Assembly (NCBI GenBank): GCA_028534125.1
Contig: CM052818.1
Span: 12,092,001 to 12,156,000 of the forward strand
DNA length: 64,000 nucleotides
Direction: 5' to 3'
Source: Lama glama
Lineage: Eukaryota
Under the pieces are notes generated by a model. It saw nothing but the letters and a program-made list of their open reading frames with translations. It ran no database searches and was not told the DNA's origin. Position numbers and translations under genes: made by a program. Shown here piece by piece: positions 11,368 through 24,429 of this stretch (its first letter is position 1; each line of letters starts with the position of its first letter).

Positions 11368-13489
11368 CTATAGACAGTGGACACTCACTGGAGACCTGGC
11401 TAACACTAACTGCCCATGTATGATAGCCTCACAGAATATAGGTAGTGTGTATGTAAAAGGTCTTTTCCTCAGCCAATACCATATTCTTTTGATTACAGTA
11501 ATCTTATAATAGATTTAATTTATTTTAATACTGTCTTGGATATTTTCACATCACAATATATTGTTATATTAATTTTATTTGTATAAACATAGAAAATGAT
11601 GTAAAAGATAGACATCACCCTGATACTGATTACACTGGGTTATCTCAGGATGTAGACTAAGAAAGGTGGGAGTAGATTAATATTTTGTTTTAGACCTCTG
11701 AAATGTTTTACTTTCTATGACAAAGAAAAATGCATAAGTGTTACTTCTATAAAATGAAACTAATGATACATTCATTGCCTGATCACATTTGTTCTTTTAA
11801 AAAAAGTCCTAAGGGAAGGTAATTAGACACCCAGTTGAATGTAGAGACTATAGTTTTAAGGGATATATATTCTCTTTTTTTAAATATAAAGGGTCCAACA
11901 TAATACTATTATATAAAATAAACTCCATTTTCTTGGTGGAAGATGAACTATAATGTTGCTTATATTCTACGTTCTGTTAATAAAAATATTAGGTGAAAAA
12001 AACTCATATAATTGGGGCCTCTTCAGGAAACAATTGGATAAAATTAATGATATATTGTGTTGCCTCAGCTCTGGAAAGACTATGCTTTATTTATATAGCT
12101 GTCTCAGGCATATAAGAGAAAAATTATTCTTATTCAAGTATGTTTAAGAGGATATTTATAAGCCACTCTTACAAAGTCATTCTAATGGATTACAGCCATA
12201 ACTAGTGTTCGAAGTTCTTCTTTCCAAGATTATTCTCCAATGATATAGTTCAAAAAAACTCTGTGTGAGGACAGTGATCTCATTTTATATCTGAATGTTA
12301 TCCACACCTTAGTGTTTCATATTTGCACACGTATGCGGTTGGGCTTCATCTGATACCACTGGAATTCACTTATACAATGGAGGGATTCTAGCACACTTTC
12401 ATACCTCATGGAGCTTTCTCTCTTCTCTTCCCCCAAGTTACAGAGAAGGAGCCTGCAAAAACCTATTCCTTAGAAGTGAAGTTAGTAATGCTGAATTGAT
12501 TTGATAGGGGTGATGAACATTCAAATGCCAATATACTGGAGTGAATCAGCAGTGTGAAGTATTCATGACAGTGCTCATTCATTTCACAAGGTACTCAATC
12601 AACTATGAAATGCAAATGTGAGTGGAGTCATGAAATCCTTCCTCTGAAGCTATCTGGACAATCTATTACAGGATATTTCATACTATATGAATACTCCTGA
12701 GTTTTTAATATACATAATAATTTCCTAGAATGAAGCTCCTACCCATAACAAAAATAAACTGATAAATATACAACAGACAGGATAGAAAGTAAGGAGACCA
12801 TAGTCTGGTGAAGAAATCATTGGCAGCTTCTGCACAAGATAATGACAAGGGCAGACTTTTATCTCCTGGCATTCCAATTCTGACTGCAATGCCCAATGCA
12901 ATATTTTTTAAATGGGAAAGAAGGAAAAAAAATCCACTTTAGCACCAGAAAGCAAAGGTGAATACTGGCCATATGCAAGAAACATTGATGCCTTTCTGTT
13001 AAAAGTAGTACAGGTAGAATTGTATTAAAGGAAGGCAAAGGGCAGTATACCCACGATACAGTAAAGCAAACACTGGCCAATGAATACCACCACCCTCTGG
13101 ACTTTGGAGGTATTAGGGTTAAACTTGAAACCCAGGCATTACATCATCAGGAGCATAACCTCAAGTATATGGACCAAAAAATCTGGAGTATATTAAGCGT
13201 ACCACAAGCCTCATGGAGCAATGAGCTGGCATCGTGTTCCCCACACCAAGAAAGAACTGCTAAACATTTAGAACAGTGCCCAGCACAAATATTTTGAATG
13301 AATAAATGAAGTTTAAAAATAAAAACAAACCTGCCATCAGCCTTCCTTTAGCACTGACTCAGGGACTGAAAAACAAGAATGAGAGATGCTGTTCATGCTC
13401 TGAGGCTAAGACAGATTAATGGAATAGAACAGAGAGTGAAATGAAATGGCCAGAAATCACCATGGAGAAGCCAGAAACAGCAATTCAGA

Positions 13490-14015
13490 TTCATTCACTT
13501 ACTCAAATATGACTCGGGCTTGGCTCTGGAGACAGACTGTAACAAAAGACATAGTCTTTGCCTTCTCCAAACTTATAGCCTTTTGGAGGGACAGGCATTA
13601 AATAATCACTGAGAAAATTTATAGGATTCTATTAGAAGCTGTAACAGTAGGAGCTAATTTTAACTGGCAGGCAAGGTCACGGGAAACCTTTGCGGGAATG
13701 ACACTTTAAATGAGACCTGAAGGATGAAGCGTTGTTAGTAGGCAGAAGGGGTGGGGAAAAAAAAAACATTTCATGGAGGAAAGGATTTATGCAAAGTCCT
13801 GAGGTAGGAAAAAAACTTGATGTATTTAAGGTCCCAAAAGGACAGTGAGAGATGACAGCAACAGATGATCCTAGAGAGGTAGGCACAGGACAGATAAAGC
13901 CAAAGTTTGTGAGTTTAAAGATTTTTGTCTTTTCCCTAAGTGAAATGAGGAGCCACTGCAGAATTTAAACAAGGGAATGACATGATATTATCTACATTTT
14001 AAAATTACTCTTGAT
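13490..14015 (-). mobile_element. L2 LINE fragment
   Basis: ttcattcacttactcaaatat tail, gagacctgaaggatga, atgcaaagtcctgaggtagg and gagccactg...gggaatgacatgat are L2 antisense motifs. Confidence 0.75.
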
Positions 14016-14554
14016 ACTAAGTAATCATTCTCTAAATGATTCCTGGTGGGAAATGGCAAACAGTTACTAAAATCTGTAAGCACTTACTTAGACCTCAGAA
14101 ATTATTTGGGAAACAACTACACTATCTTCACTTGCATTGGATAGGAGCCTGAGTTACTTCATTTCTATGATACAGGTAAGAATTGTTTCAAAAATCTTGA
14201 GATTTGGGAAGACATCAGAGTTACACTATTAGATTTTAACTTTTTCCATTTATCACTTGATCTAGACAGGAGAGATACTAGTAAGAAAATCCTATCCAGT
14301 TAACAGAACCATATTTATTTCGATTTAGCCATAAAACAAAACTAGCCCTCTGTGGATGACAAACTAAGAAAAATTACCATCCTTAAGGAAAGAGCCTATA
14401 CTTTAGACTATATCCCTTTTTTTGCCAAATCAAAACTACCTTTTTTTAAAAAATGAAATTACTACAATAAACAGAAAACCATTCTAAAAATTTTGATTCA
14501 TATGTAAGATAAAAATTAAAGAGGACATTTTAAATTACGAAGCTAAGGACAGTG

Positions 14555-15024
14555 TGTATTAATTTCCTGTTACTGTTTAATACAGAATCACAAAATTGTG
14601 ACTTAAACAATACAAATTTATTCTCCAACAGGGCTGGAGATTAGAATCCTAAAATCAAGATGACAGTTGGGTGTGCTCCTCTAGACACTGTAGGGGAGAA
14701 TCCATTTCTTGACTTTTCTAGCTTCTACAGGCTGCCTGCACTCTTTGGCTTGTGGTCCCATGCTCCATCTTCAAAGCGAGTAGTGGAGCATCTTCCAGTA
14801 TCTCTCTCTGGCTCTGACCCTTCTATCACTTTCATAGAGACCCTTGGTTATACACTGAGCTCACCCAGACAATCCAAGATGATCCTTTCTCAGGATCCTT
14901 AACATCATCACATATGCAAAGTTCCTTTTGCATATAAAGTAACATATTCCCAGTTTCCAGGGATGAGAATGGGAACATCTTAGGTGAGATGTGGGGGTGG
15001 TGTGTCCTTAGTCTGATTACCACA
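14555..15024 (-). mobile_element. MLT1C/D-type MaLR LTR
   Basis: tgtattaatttcct...cttaaacaatacaaatttattctc...ggggagaatccatttcttgacttttctagcttct...cacccagacaatccaagat...taccaca. Confidence 0.85.
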
Positions 15025-18000
15025 AAGCATTCTGAGAATAAAGAAAAATTTTATTTTGGACCAAAGAGAAAGAAATAAATAACATAATTCTAAGTTATAA
15101 ACCAAAGATGAAAGTAACCCAATTTGTTACATGAAAAAGGCGACATTAGATATGTAGAAGATAAACATAAATATTTTAGAATTCAAAACAAACATTAAAA
15201 AATTTAAAGACAGGAGAAACCAGTCTAATATAGCAGGACAAAAATCTACTTATCTGAAAAATTAAATGGGCCTCAAAGATTCTTCTCTAAGACACTAAAT
15301 AAAAGAAGAAAAAAGAGTGTCAACCACAGAGTTGTAAATAAAATGACTGTGACTTAAGAATGCTAAACACAGCCAAGTTATTCTTATGTACGATGACAAG
15401 AATAGAGATACCTTCAAATACGTAAAAGTCAGAACATACACCAACAAACCTTCTTGAATAAAGTAACTAAAAACCTGGAAAAAAAAACATTAAAAATAAG
15501 TCAAAAGTAACAACAGAGTTTCGTTTCCATCTATTCATAACCATACCACCCCCTTTGGAAGAGAACTTCATTTGCTGGACAACTTGAAGGGAAAAATTGC
15601 TCTATAGAATTAAGAAAAATGTGAAGTTCTTGGAGTTTTCCAAGAGTAAAAGAGGAGAAGCAAGACAAAATATGGAAAAGAGATCAACCAGAGAAATGGT
15701 ATGAAGCTAGATGTTGGATGGGGTAGAGATCACTGTGGAGACACTGGTTGTAGGATGGACCATGGACCACTCAAGAATGATAATGTCCACCGTTTCACTC
15801 AATGTTGCTTGGGTTGCTATGATTTCAACTCCTCTTCTACCTTCTTCCCATTTTTTTTCTAGTTTGAGCGAGTATGTAAACTGAAGAGTCCATGTTCCAT
15901 ACCTGAGTAGATGTGACTCAAATCTGAAATGGCAAATGAAGAAACAACAGACCAGATGCAGCCATGAGAACACAAGCCCCTGAAAATCCATAGAAATTTT
16001 AGGAAAGGGCCTCGAGTTCTTTTTGTTTTCTTGAAAGAGTCAGAAGCACCTGGTTACCATTTGGATTGCATGTAAATTATGGAATTACAGTTAGGAAGAT
16101 ACTGGTGGTAACCATTAATGATATGAAGTCTAAATAATTGTTTTAAATATCATTTCAAAATGTATTTAAAATTTTTCTTTATTTGATGTCTCAATTTCAA
16201 TGTTTTTTTTTTCCTCCATTCCTACTGAAGTCCATTGTTGAAGTCAAATCAGCTGAAGTCAGTCACTCTGAGGAAAGAGAGCAAATCAACAACCATACTC
16301 TTGGTTGCATCACCAAAAAATGTTTCCCTTCCAATCTCAGTCCTCTTCCTTGGACTTTCATGACACCAACACTCTCCTGGTGCTTCTTCTAGACCACTGG
16401 CTATTTCTCCTAAATCTACTTTGCTTAATCTGTCTCAGCTAAGCCTCTACTCAGGGCGCAGACATCTTTTATTCCGCCTGGTCCCAAACTTTTAAATGCA
16501 ATGTATGTGTTGTGAACTACAAAATTTATAACCCCAGTTGCCTCAGTTATCATTTAGAATGACAAACACTCCAAACGTCAGGGCAGAAAACCATGGCTAA
16601 AGATTTAGGCTTATATATTCTGTGTGTCAGGAGCTTAGAGAGGATGGCCTGACCCTGCTAGGATGATTTGCAGACTGGGGGTGACTGACAGCCTGAGGGC
16701 TAGAACCATCTGAAGGTCTGATCACTCACATGTTTGGACTAGAGGACCAGACTAATGACTCTGCAGCTCAAATAATATTCAAATAAGGGCAAACAACAAT
16801 GAAAAGTGCTATGTGGGATGTTTTTTTCAGAACATCAGAAGCATTGTTAGGGGCCACATAGGAAGATGACTTCTTCATCCAGATACTCAAGAAAAGTCAG
16901 ATGACTATAAAAGGTAACAGTCAACAGTCAAAGATAACTATAGATCAAGAGATCAACAGAGCCCAGAGCCAAAGTGGCCATTCTGATACAAAATCAAAAA
17001 CAAATAAACAAACAAAACCTCGTAAGAACATCAATATGACAAGGGAAGCAGCCTATGTCTGCCTTAGGCTAGCAATCTGAATAATTAAATCTGGTCATGA
17101 GAAAAGATTGTGGCTAAGAAAAGAAAATAGGTGAAGACTTGCAAGTTGTGCCCGCCATACTACTAGCTCTTGGTTAAGTCTCCATTGGTTAATATACAAT
17201 CATTTAACTTTCCCTTAAGGGTTAGTAAAAGTTTGTTTTGTAAAAGTGAGTTTCTACTTGAATCAATGCAAAACAAAATGCAACATCAGAGGGGAAAATC
17301 AGAGACCTCTGAGAGCTTAAGTCCAATGGTGAGGAAACTGGTCTAAGACAGAGAATAATGGTAGAAGTGGGCAAAACAGGTTAAAAAAATACTGAAGGTG
17401 GAGGAAAGTTGGAGATGCACATTACGCAGATCACTTCATGTCTGGAGGTTTGCCTTGTATTTTTTCCCTCTATTTGGTTTGTAAAAGAAATAGAAAAAAT
17501 AGTTAATCCGTTTCCATAGAGCTCTTTAGGCTTTTAAGGGAATTTACTGAATAGACTTCTCAGCTAGCATGTTTGGAATTACTGAATGACTAAACTGCAG
17601 TTAGGGCTTTCATCTTCCAGAAGGTCTTCAGGTATTTTTCAAAAGAGATCAAATTGCTAAGTGTTTCAGTGTAACTGTCAAGAGTTTCAAGAACCCAGAA
17701 ACTATTCTATTGGATTACTATTTGGAAGAAACTGCTTCTCTTTTTGTATATTCCTAACCCTCGTTATAGAGCTATGGTAAACAGGAACTACAGACAAGAC
17801 CAGGAAATGATGTTACTGGTTGTTGCTCTTAAAAGAGTCCCCTCTTTCTGGGAACCCTGGAGTACAAAGCACTAAACCCAAATCAATAAAAGTCCCAAGA
17901 TAAAAACAATTTCCTCTGCTCTGAATTTTAAAAATAATTGGTGAGTCCAGATGCAGTACTGAGACATTTTGCACCTAGATTAAAGACCCAGATTATGAGA

Positions 18001-18224
18001 CTGGTCGAGCTCCGCTTAATAACAGACAGTCAGTGTCTTCCTTACTGGGCAGTTCTTCATTTGAACCAAACCCCAGCCATGGGATTTCCCTCCTCTTCCA
18101 GACAGACGAATCCTGTAGTATTGTGATCAATACTAAATTTGATCAAATACTAAATGTGATCAATACATAGTTTACTAAAACTATGTCAGTTAGCCAAATC
18201 TAATTCTTCTTCATAAGACTTCTC

Positions 18225-18372
18225 TTTTACTTTGTATTTATTTATTTTTTGAGGAGAGGGTAATTAGGTTTGTTTGTTTCTTTGTTTTAATGGAGGTACT
18301 GGGGATTGAACCCAGGACCTCATGCATGCTAAGCATGTGCTCTACCACTGACCTATACCCTCCCCCAGCCCC
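18225..18372 (-). mobile_element. vic-1-type camelid SINE (tRNA-Ala derived)
   Basis: Minus strand GGGGGAGGGTATAGGTCAGTGGTAGAGCACATGCTTAGCATGCATGAGGTCCTGGGTTCAATCCCCAGTACCTCC...AACCTAATTACC plus an A-rich tail; near-TSD gact(t)tctctt on both sides. Confidence 0.9.
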
Positions 18373-20439
18373 TGACTTCTCTTAAAATACTGGCCAAAAT
18401 CATGGAAATACAAGCACATTTTTTTTGTTCAGAGGACAGACAGCGTGGGTTTTTCCCTCTTTATTTAGGTGACTATTTCTACTATCCTCTCTTTTGGTCT
18501 CATGTTGGATACTTGTATCTATCAATTTTGTAGGTGGAGCCAATATAATTTTTCTAATCTGAAACACTGGTAAGAAAATTCTGTCAATATTTCTGTCTAT
18601 ATTAGAATCAATATTTGTACACATTGACTCAGATGTACAAATCCACCGATCCCTTTTGTACCCTCTCTACCAATCCCTCCATCACTGCCACTAATAACTA
18701 ACACGTGACCCAAACAAAAACCGTAAGTGTGTTAAGTAGGGGAAACCTAGTCTCCTGCTGTTTAAAAGACTCCTTTGGATTTACATTCTGTCATTTTGGA
18801 GGTGACACTATCAACCATAGCTGCTGTTCTCACTGTGTAGAAGTTGTCTCACCACTACCCATTCCTGTTGTCTTTCCCTGGGTGCAATTTAAATCCTGTG
18901 GGATTTGATTTACGTTCATGGAGCTGGATGGGGAGGTATTTGTCCTTCTTTATATCATACCCTGGGTTCTCACTGGCCTCTAGTAGGTTTTTCTCATTCT
19001 GCTGCCTTACTGGGCATTCTGAACTGGTGTCCTTAATTTTGGAATATAATGCGATAGAGGTACTAGACAGTTAGGAAGGGAAAAGATGAACAGAATGTTA
19101 TTATCTAATTATAACTTTATTTAAATAAAAGTTTAAAACTATCAGCCATAGGTTAGCTGAAATCCACTAAAATTTTTATATTTATATTTCTTCAGCAGTC
19201 AACAAAGAAATATTTCCCTTTTGTCACAAGTCTATAAAAAATTACTAAGTGGTCTTTTTTATTCCATTAAGGTCAATGCATTCTACAAATTAAACAGAAC
19301 CATACTCACTCTTCTACATACAGCACATGCCAATACTGACAAGCTTCATTCATGACCTTCAAATACTTTAAAAATCTATTTTTCATGGTTTCATATCCAT
19401 AGAAAGAGTGCTGTGGATCTGTAGTGTTCAGCAGTCATATCAACTTTCCTGAGCTAAATATATAAAACATTTTCATGCTACGGAAATTAATTACATATTA
19501 AATTACATATTAAACTGTCCCCCTCCTCCCCTCCCCACCCCCTTTCTCTTTCACATACATGCCACTGGTCTCACTGGCAACACTCACTTTTAGGTAATAG
19601 ACACTCCAATACTCTCAGCAATTAATTGAAAGACTTTCCATTATTCTCTTGGAAGCGAAAACGTGCTAAGCACATCTCCATGATGTAATGGAACAAGTGA
19701 GACAGAGTACATTGAAAGAAGGAAGACTTGCAATAGCTGAAGTATTAAAATCCCCCAGCAGAGTCACATTTTATTTCATTTACACATAGTTTTACAGAAC
19801 ACTATTTAATGCATGAAAAGTAGTCATCTATGCTGAAATCACAGGGACCATTACAAACTGATGAATGCTTTGTACCCCTTATAAATTAGATGAAAAGGGA
19901 CTAGGAGTATGGGAGCAAAAGCTAGATAAAGGAGGCACTACTTGGAAAGGCTAATACAGGAACCAGTGATCTGCAAAGGTCAGGTGAAAGATTTTTGAGT
20001 GTCTCCACCAGAAGCTTACCTTTTCCATAAAAGCACCCAACTGGCATCCCTGCTCTGGTAAACTGAACCAACCTCAAAAAACGCCACAATAAAGCATTCC
20101 AAAGTAGAAGGGCATCTTTAGTCCAGTTAGAGGATTCATTCTGTCCCTGGAAGAAAAGCTCATGCCACTGTTCCTGGCTGTCCCTCTGCTCTAAGACAGG
20201 TAATAAGATAAAAGCATGACTTACGCATGAGCAGAATTCACGTAACAGCCCTGAGCAATGAACGTGAAGTTAGATAAAAGATTTAGAAGTGATTGAAATA
20301 TACAAATATTTTAATTAAAAAATTAGCCTCTGATTTTCTTCCTTTGTCTGATTCTTCAGTGTGGGCTTTCTCTAAAAACTGGTTTTTGAATTCTTGTTGG
20401 AAAGTCAAATGAATGAAGGAAGCCACAGTGAGAGCAATA

Positions 20440-20688
20440 GTAATGGCTTAACCACATACTGAGCTATTAATATGCCCTGGACCCTCTTCTAATTGCTTTA
20501 TAGGTATTAACTCATTTACTAGTTTAAAAAATGAGATTATGTATATTATTGTTCCTATTTTACAGTAAGTGGACCTGAGGATCTGAGCAGTTTAGTTACT
20601 TGCCTAAGATCACAGAACTTGAAAGCAGCAGAGACAGAATTTAAACCCAGGCAGTCTAGCTGCACTGTACTCTTCACCACAAAACCAC
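20440..20688 (-). mobile_element. MIR SINE
   Basis: attaactcattta...cctattttacag...ctgagg...acttgcctaagatcacag...tttaaacccaggcagtct. Confidence 0.8.
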
Positions 20689-21420
20689 ACTTCATACAAT
20701 GTTCTGTGTAACATGGGGTTAAGGACAAGGGTGGCTCAGTTAGACTGTGGCCATATGAGGTGACCTTTGTCCAGAAGAGAGGGCTTACTACCCAGTCTTT
20801 CTGCTTTTATTCTACAAACTAACTCTTTGGTAGATAAAACAAGGTCCATCACCTTACATTTAGTTCCTAGTAAAGGTTTTTTCCCTTATATTTGAAGCTC
20901 TTTAGATAACCCATATTTCCAAAAATTATTGATCCTTTTCATGGAATTACTGTCATATTAAGCAACTAAATTCAGCACTGTCAGCATGCATCATTACTCA
21001 AATACTGTGTAACATCATCAGAGCTTAGTTAGTATTTTATGAGAGCATCAAAACCTTGAAATAAAACGTCTTCAGGGTATTTGGCCCTTACTTAGGTAAT
21101 AAATTGCTTCAGTGGGATCTATGAATAGACTAGCTAGGAATAAAGTTGGACAGATGTAATTTTAGAAGAACAAACAATCCCAAATAAAGTATTAAGAAGG
21201 CCATGATTATCTTCCTGACCAAAATAAACTTAGAATGGTTAATGCCAATGGGAGAGTCTTCTCCATGTACCAACTATTGAAAACATACATCCACTGAATT
21301 GAGATTCCCATTGCCAAGTGATATTACACTCTATCAAGTGCTTTAATTCTTCTAACAGAATGAAAAACGAAACACACACACACAGAAATTACTACTAATT
21401 CCTGACTTATTCTAATTTCT

Positions 21421-21560
21421 TTTTTTTTTTTAATTTTTTTGGGGGGAGAGGTAATTCGGTTTGTTTGTTTGTTTTAATGGAGGTCCTGGGGATTGAACCT
21501 AGAACCTCATGCATGCTAAGCATGCACTCTGCTACTGAGCTATACTCAGCTCTGACTCCT
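21421..21560 (-). mobile_element. vic-1-type camelid SINE
   Basis: Same tRNA-Ala-like body (ggggattgaacctagaacctcatgcatgctaagcatgcactct) with a poly-T run on the + strand; 19-bp degenerate TSD ctgacttattctaatttct (21402-21420) / ctgatttattctgacttct (21561-21579). Confidence 0.9.
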
Positions 21561-22099
21561 CTGATTTATTCTGACTTCTAAGCCTGTTATTTCAACCTCT
21601 AAACTGGAAATATCTGTCCAGAATTGTTAAACTACTCACAGGTATCAATGGTGCTTGCCAAATCTAAGCCTTCCTCACACTGACCACACTTCCAGCCTAA
21701 ATGTATATTTATTTCAGAAATTGCTCTTGTGTCTCTAGATTTTAAGTATTTAAAATATTTCTTACTAGCTAGTTATCTGTTCATCATTTGTATTCAACTG
21801 TGGGATTACAGACTTCTTTCCTTTTGCCAGTAAACCTCCATATTTCAACAGTTTGGTTATTTATATCCACCTGAGCATGACCACTCCCCTCCAAAGCTTC
21901 TGTGCTGATTTTGTTGCAGTGTTGAGGTATTGTCCCCAGGTGACCCACCTGAGCAGCTCTGATTGTGCTCATTTTTTCACATATAGCTTAGAGCCCTAGG
22001 AACAGAAACTTCTGACTTCTAATGTTTGGCTGCTATGTAAAGAAACCAAAAAGATGAAAGGAAGTGGTAAGCTTTGGGGATTTCCTCTGTTTCATATTT

Positions 22100-22204
22100 A
22101 ATAGCTAAAAGGTGGAAGCAACCCAAGTTTCCATTAACAGATGAATGAATAAACAATGTGATATATATATATCTCCTGTGATAATATATATATCACAGGA
22201 ATAT

Positions 22205-22244
<40 letters not shown>

Positions 22245-22590
22245 AATATTATTCAGCCTTAAAAAAGGATGAAAATTTTGACACAAATGAACCTTGAAGA
22301 TATGCCAAGTGACATAGGCCAGTCACAAATGAAGATTATTGTATGATTACACTTACATTAGGTACCTAGCATAGTCAAATTCACAGAGGCAGAAAGTAGA
22401 AGGGGAATTGCCAGAGGCCCAGAGGAGGGAATGGGGAGTCATTGCTTAATGGGTACAAAGTTTCAGTTTTGCAAGATGAAAAGTTCTGGAGGTGGATGGT
22501 GGTGATGGTTGCAGAACAACGTGAATGCACTTAAGTGCCACAAAACTGTACACTTTAAAATAATAACTCATGTATATTTTGCAATAAAAA
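22100..22590 (+). mobile_element. L1MB-like 3' end containing an expanded (TA)n
   Basis: aaggtggaagcaacccaag, ggaatattattcagccttaaaaa, gtcaaattcacagaggcagaaagtagaa, aatgggtacaaagtttcagttttgcaagatgaaaagttctgga. Confidence 0.85.
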
Positions 22591-23884
22591 TCTTTCAGTT
22601 ATTTGAAAAAAAAACTCTTGCTCTCTCCCTCCACCTCCAGTATGTGAACTTCTAACCTCCTACATTTGGTTTCTCATATCATCACAGAATTTCTCACAGA
22701 CAACATAATTTTTACACTTGCTCTTTTCTCACTCCTTTTTTTAAAAAAAAATCTACATTGCTTAAAATACTATTTGAGATTTGTATTAGGAACATAATGT
22801 CTAAACAGCATCAACATTAAGCTATTCAAGTTTTCCCACTTCTGGCTGTGGCCCATCTAGTCATGATTGTCAAGCCCACTGCAACATTCCATGCTTACTT
22901 GATTCTCAGACAGTTTCTGGCATTTTCTCAGAACTTTTCAAGTAATTACTTTTTGGGTATCAAGGGACTTATAACAACCAAAGAGCTTGTTGCTCCTCTC
23001 AGTCATTGTCTGGGTGCACTGACACTCATTCTAAAGGCACTGACACTATTTTGTGAGCCTGGCCTCATGATTGAGATCACATAATTGCAATAATTAGGAA
23101 ACTCACCTCAGGATATTATTGAAATGACCCACCCAAATCCACGTCCATATGGTTTGCAATAGCTAATGAGTCAGTTAATGTGCTATGTCCAGGAGTAATG
23201 GGTACTCAATATGGATAGCAAGAAGGTATAATTTACCAACTTTCTGACTGATTAAGGTTTTCAAGTGGACAATTGCAACTTAAAGAGGCTTCAAAGTATT
23301 AATAGCTTTGACAGCCGAGACAAAAGGAAGAAGCAACGATCGTTTAAAAGGCACAGGCATTGAAATTCGAGCAATTTCTTTCAATAACATACCCCAGGCT
23401 GAAAAATGTGACGCTACATAAAGTCAAATGAAAATGTAGGTTTCAGTAGCCATCCGTCATGGTGTGGAGAGGTATACAAGCTGTTACTGGCTGAGTCCTG
23501 TGCTTAAAAGTAAAGTAAATGTTAAAAACTTTAACTCACTAATTTTAGGATAGGTTAGAGAAAAGAGAAGTTCAATTATTTAAAAAAAAAAGGCTAGAAT
23601 CAATATTAACAGATGTCTACATGTAAAGGAGTCACTGGGTATCTGATCAATGTATTTTTCATTTCATACATTAGCATAAACTCAAAATTGTTGCAATATC
23701 TCTAACTTGTTGACTGCAATATCTTAGGGAAAAATTACTATTCCAAGCATATTTATAAGTTGGAATTAAGAAAAATGTTACAGTTAACACATTAGCTACT
23801 CATCTGAAACCCCTATGACAAAGATCTATATTAAGGTTTTTTTGAATCTGAAAGAATGTAAGCCCAGGGAATATTTATAAAGAA

Positions 23885-24340
23885 AAGGTTCCTAATTTGG
23901 AGTCCATAGACACTCAGTGAATTCCTGGATAGACCTTAGGAGCAATCCGAGAACTTGGAAGGGAGGGGAAAAAATCACATCTTTATTTTCACTGGAATCT
24001 AGCATATCCTGTAATTATATAACAAACTATGTAGTATTAGCATTACTTACAATTTTTCCACCAAAAGAAATTTAAGATGTTTTCATATCATAATAGAGCA
24101 GTTATAGACATCTCAAAATACCATTTATGTTCATCACTCCTACAAAAGTCTGATCCACTGTGAGCTCTAAGTTTAAAAATATTTGATAACTACTTTTAAT
24201 AGATCTTATTTCCTTTCTGATCCTATGTGCTTTATTTTATTTTATCTACTTAAAAATATAAAAAATTTATGAGGAATGGGTCCAAAACTCTTCTGGACTG
24301 TCAAAGAGGCCTATGGCACAGAAAAGGTTAAGAACTTCTG
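23885..24340. mobile_element. MER113-like hAT-Charlie DNA transposon
   Basis: acatctttattttcact, gtagtattagca, ttttcatatca, aatatttgataac and the terminal atggcacagaaaaggttaagaacttctg. Confidence 0.7.
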
Positions 24341-24429
24341 CTACACAGTGGATTTTTAAGGTCTAAAAGGTTTATACTAGACCAGTGGTTTTTAACTTTA
24401 AGTAGCAGAATTACTTCAGAGATTTTACC

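Noticed and set aside
18122..18166. Short tandem array (TGATCAATACTAAAT-like, ~3 copies)
   Set aside because: A local slippage duplication without spacers; not CRISPR-like, and the context is eukaryotic.
18290..18366. tRNA-Ala(AGC)-like genes (also ~21480-21547 and ~30525-30597)
   Set aside because: Each has a SINE-specific 3' segment and A-tail, two have recognisable TSDs, and the acceptor stems are degenerate; these are SINEs, not tRNA genes.
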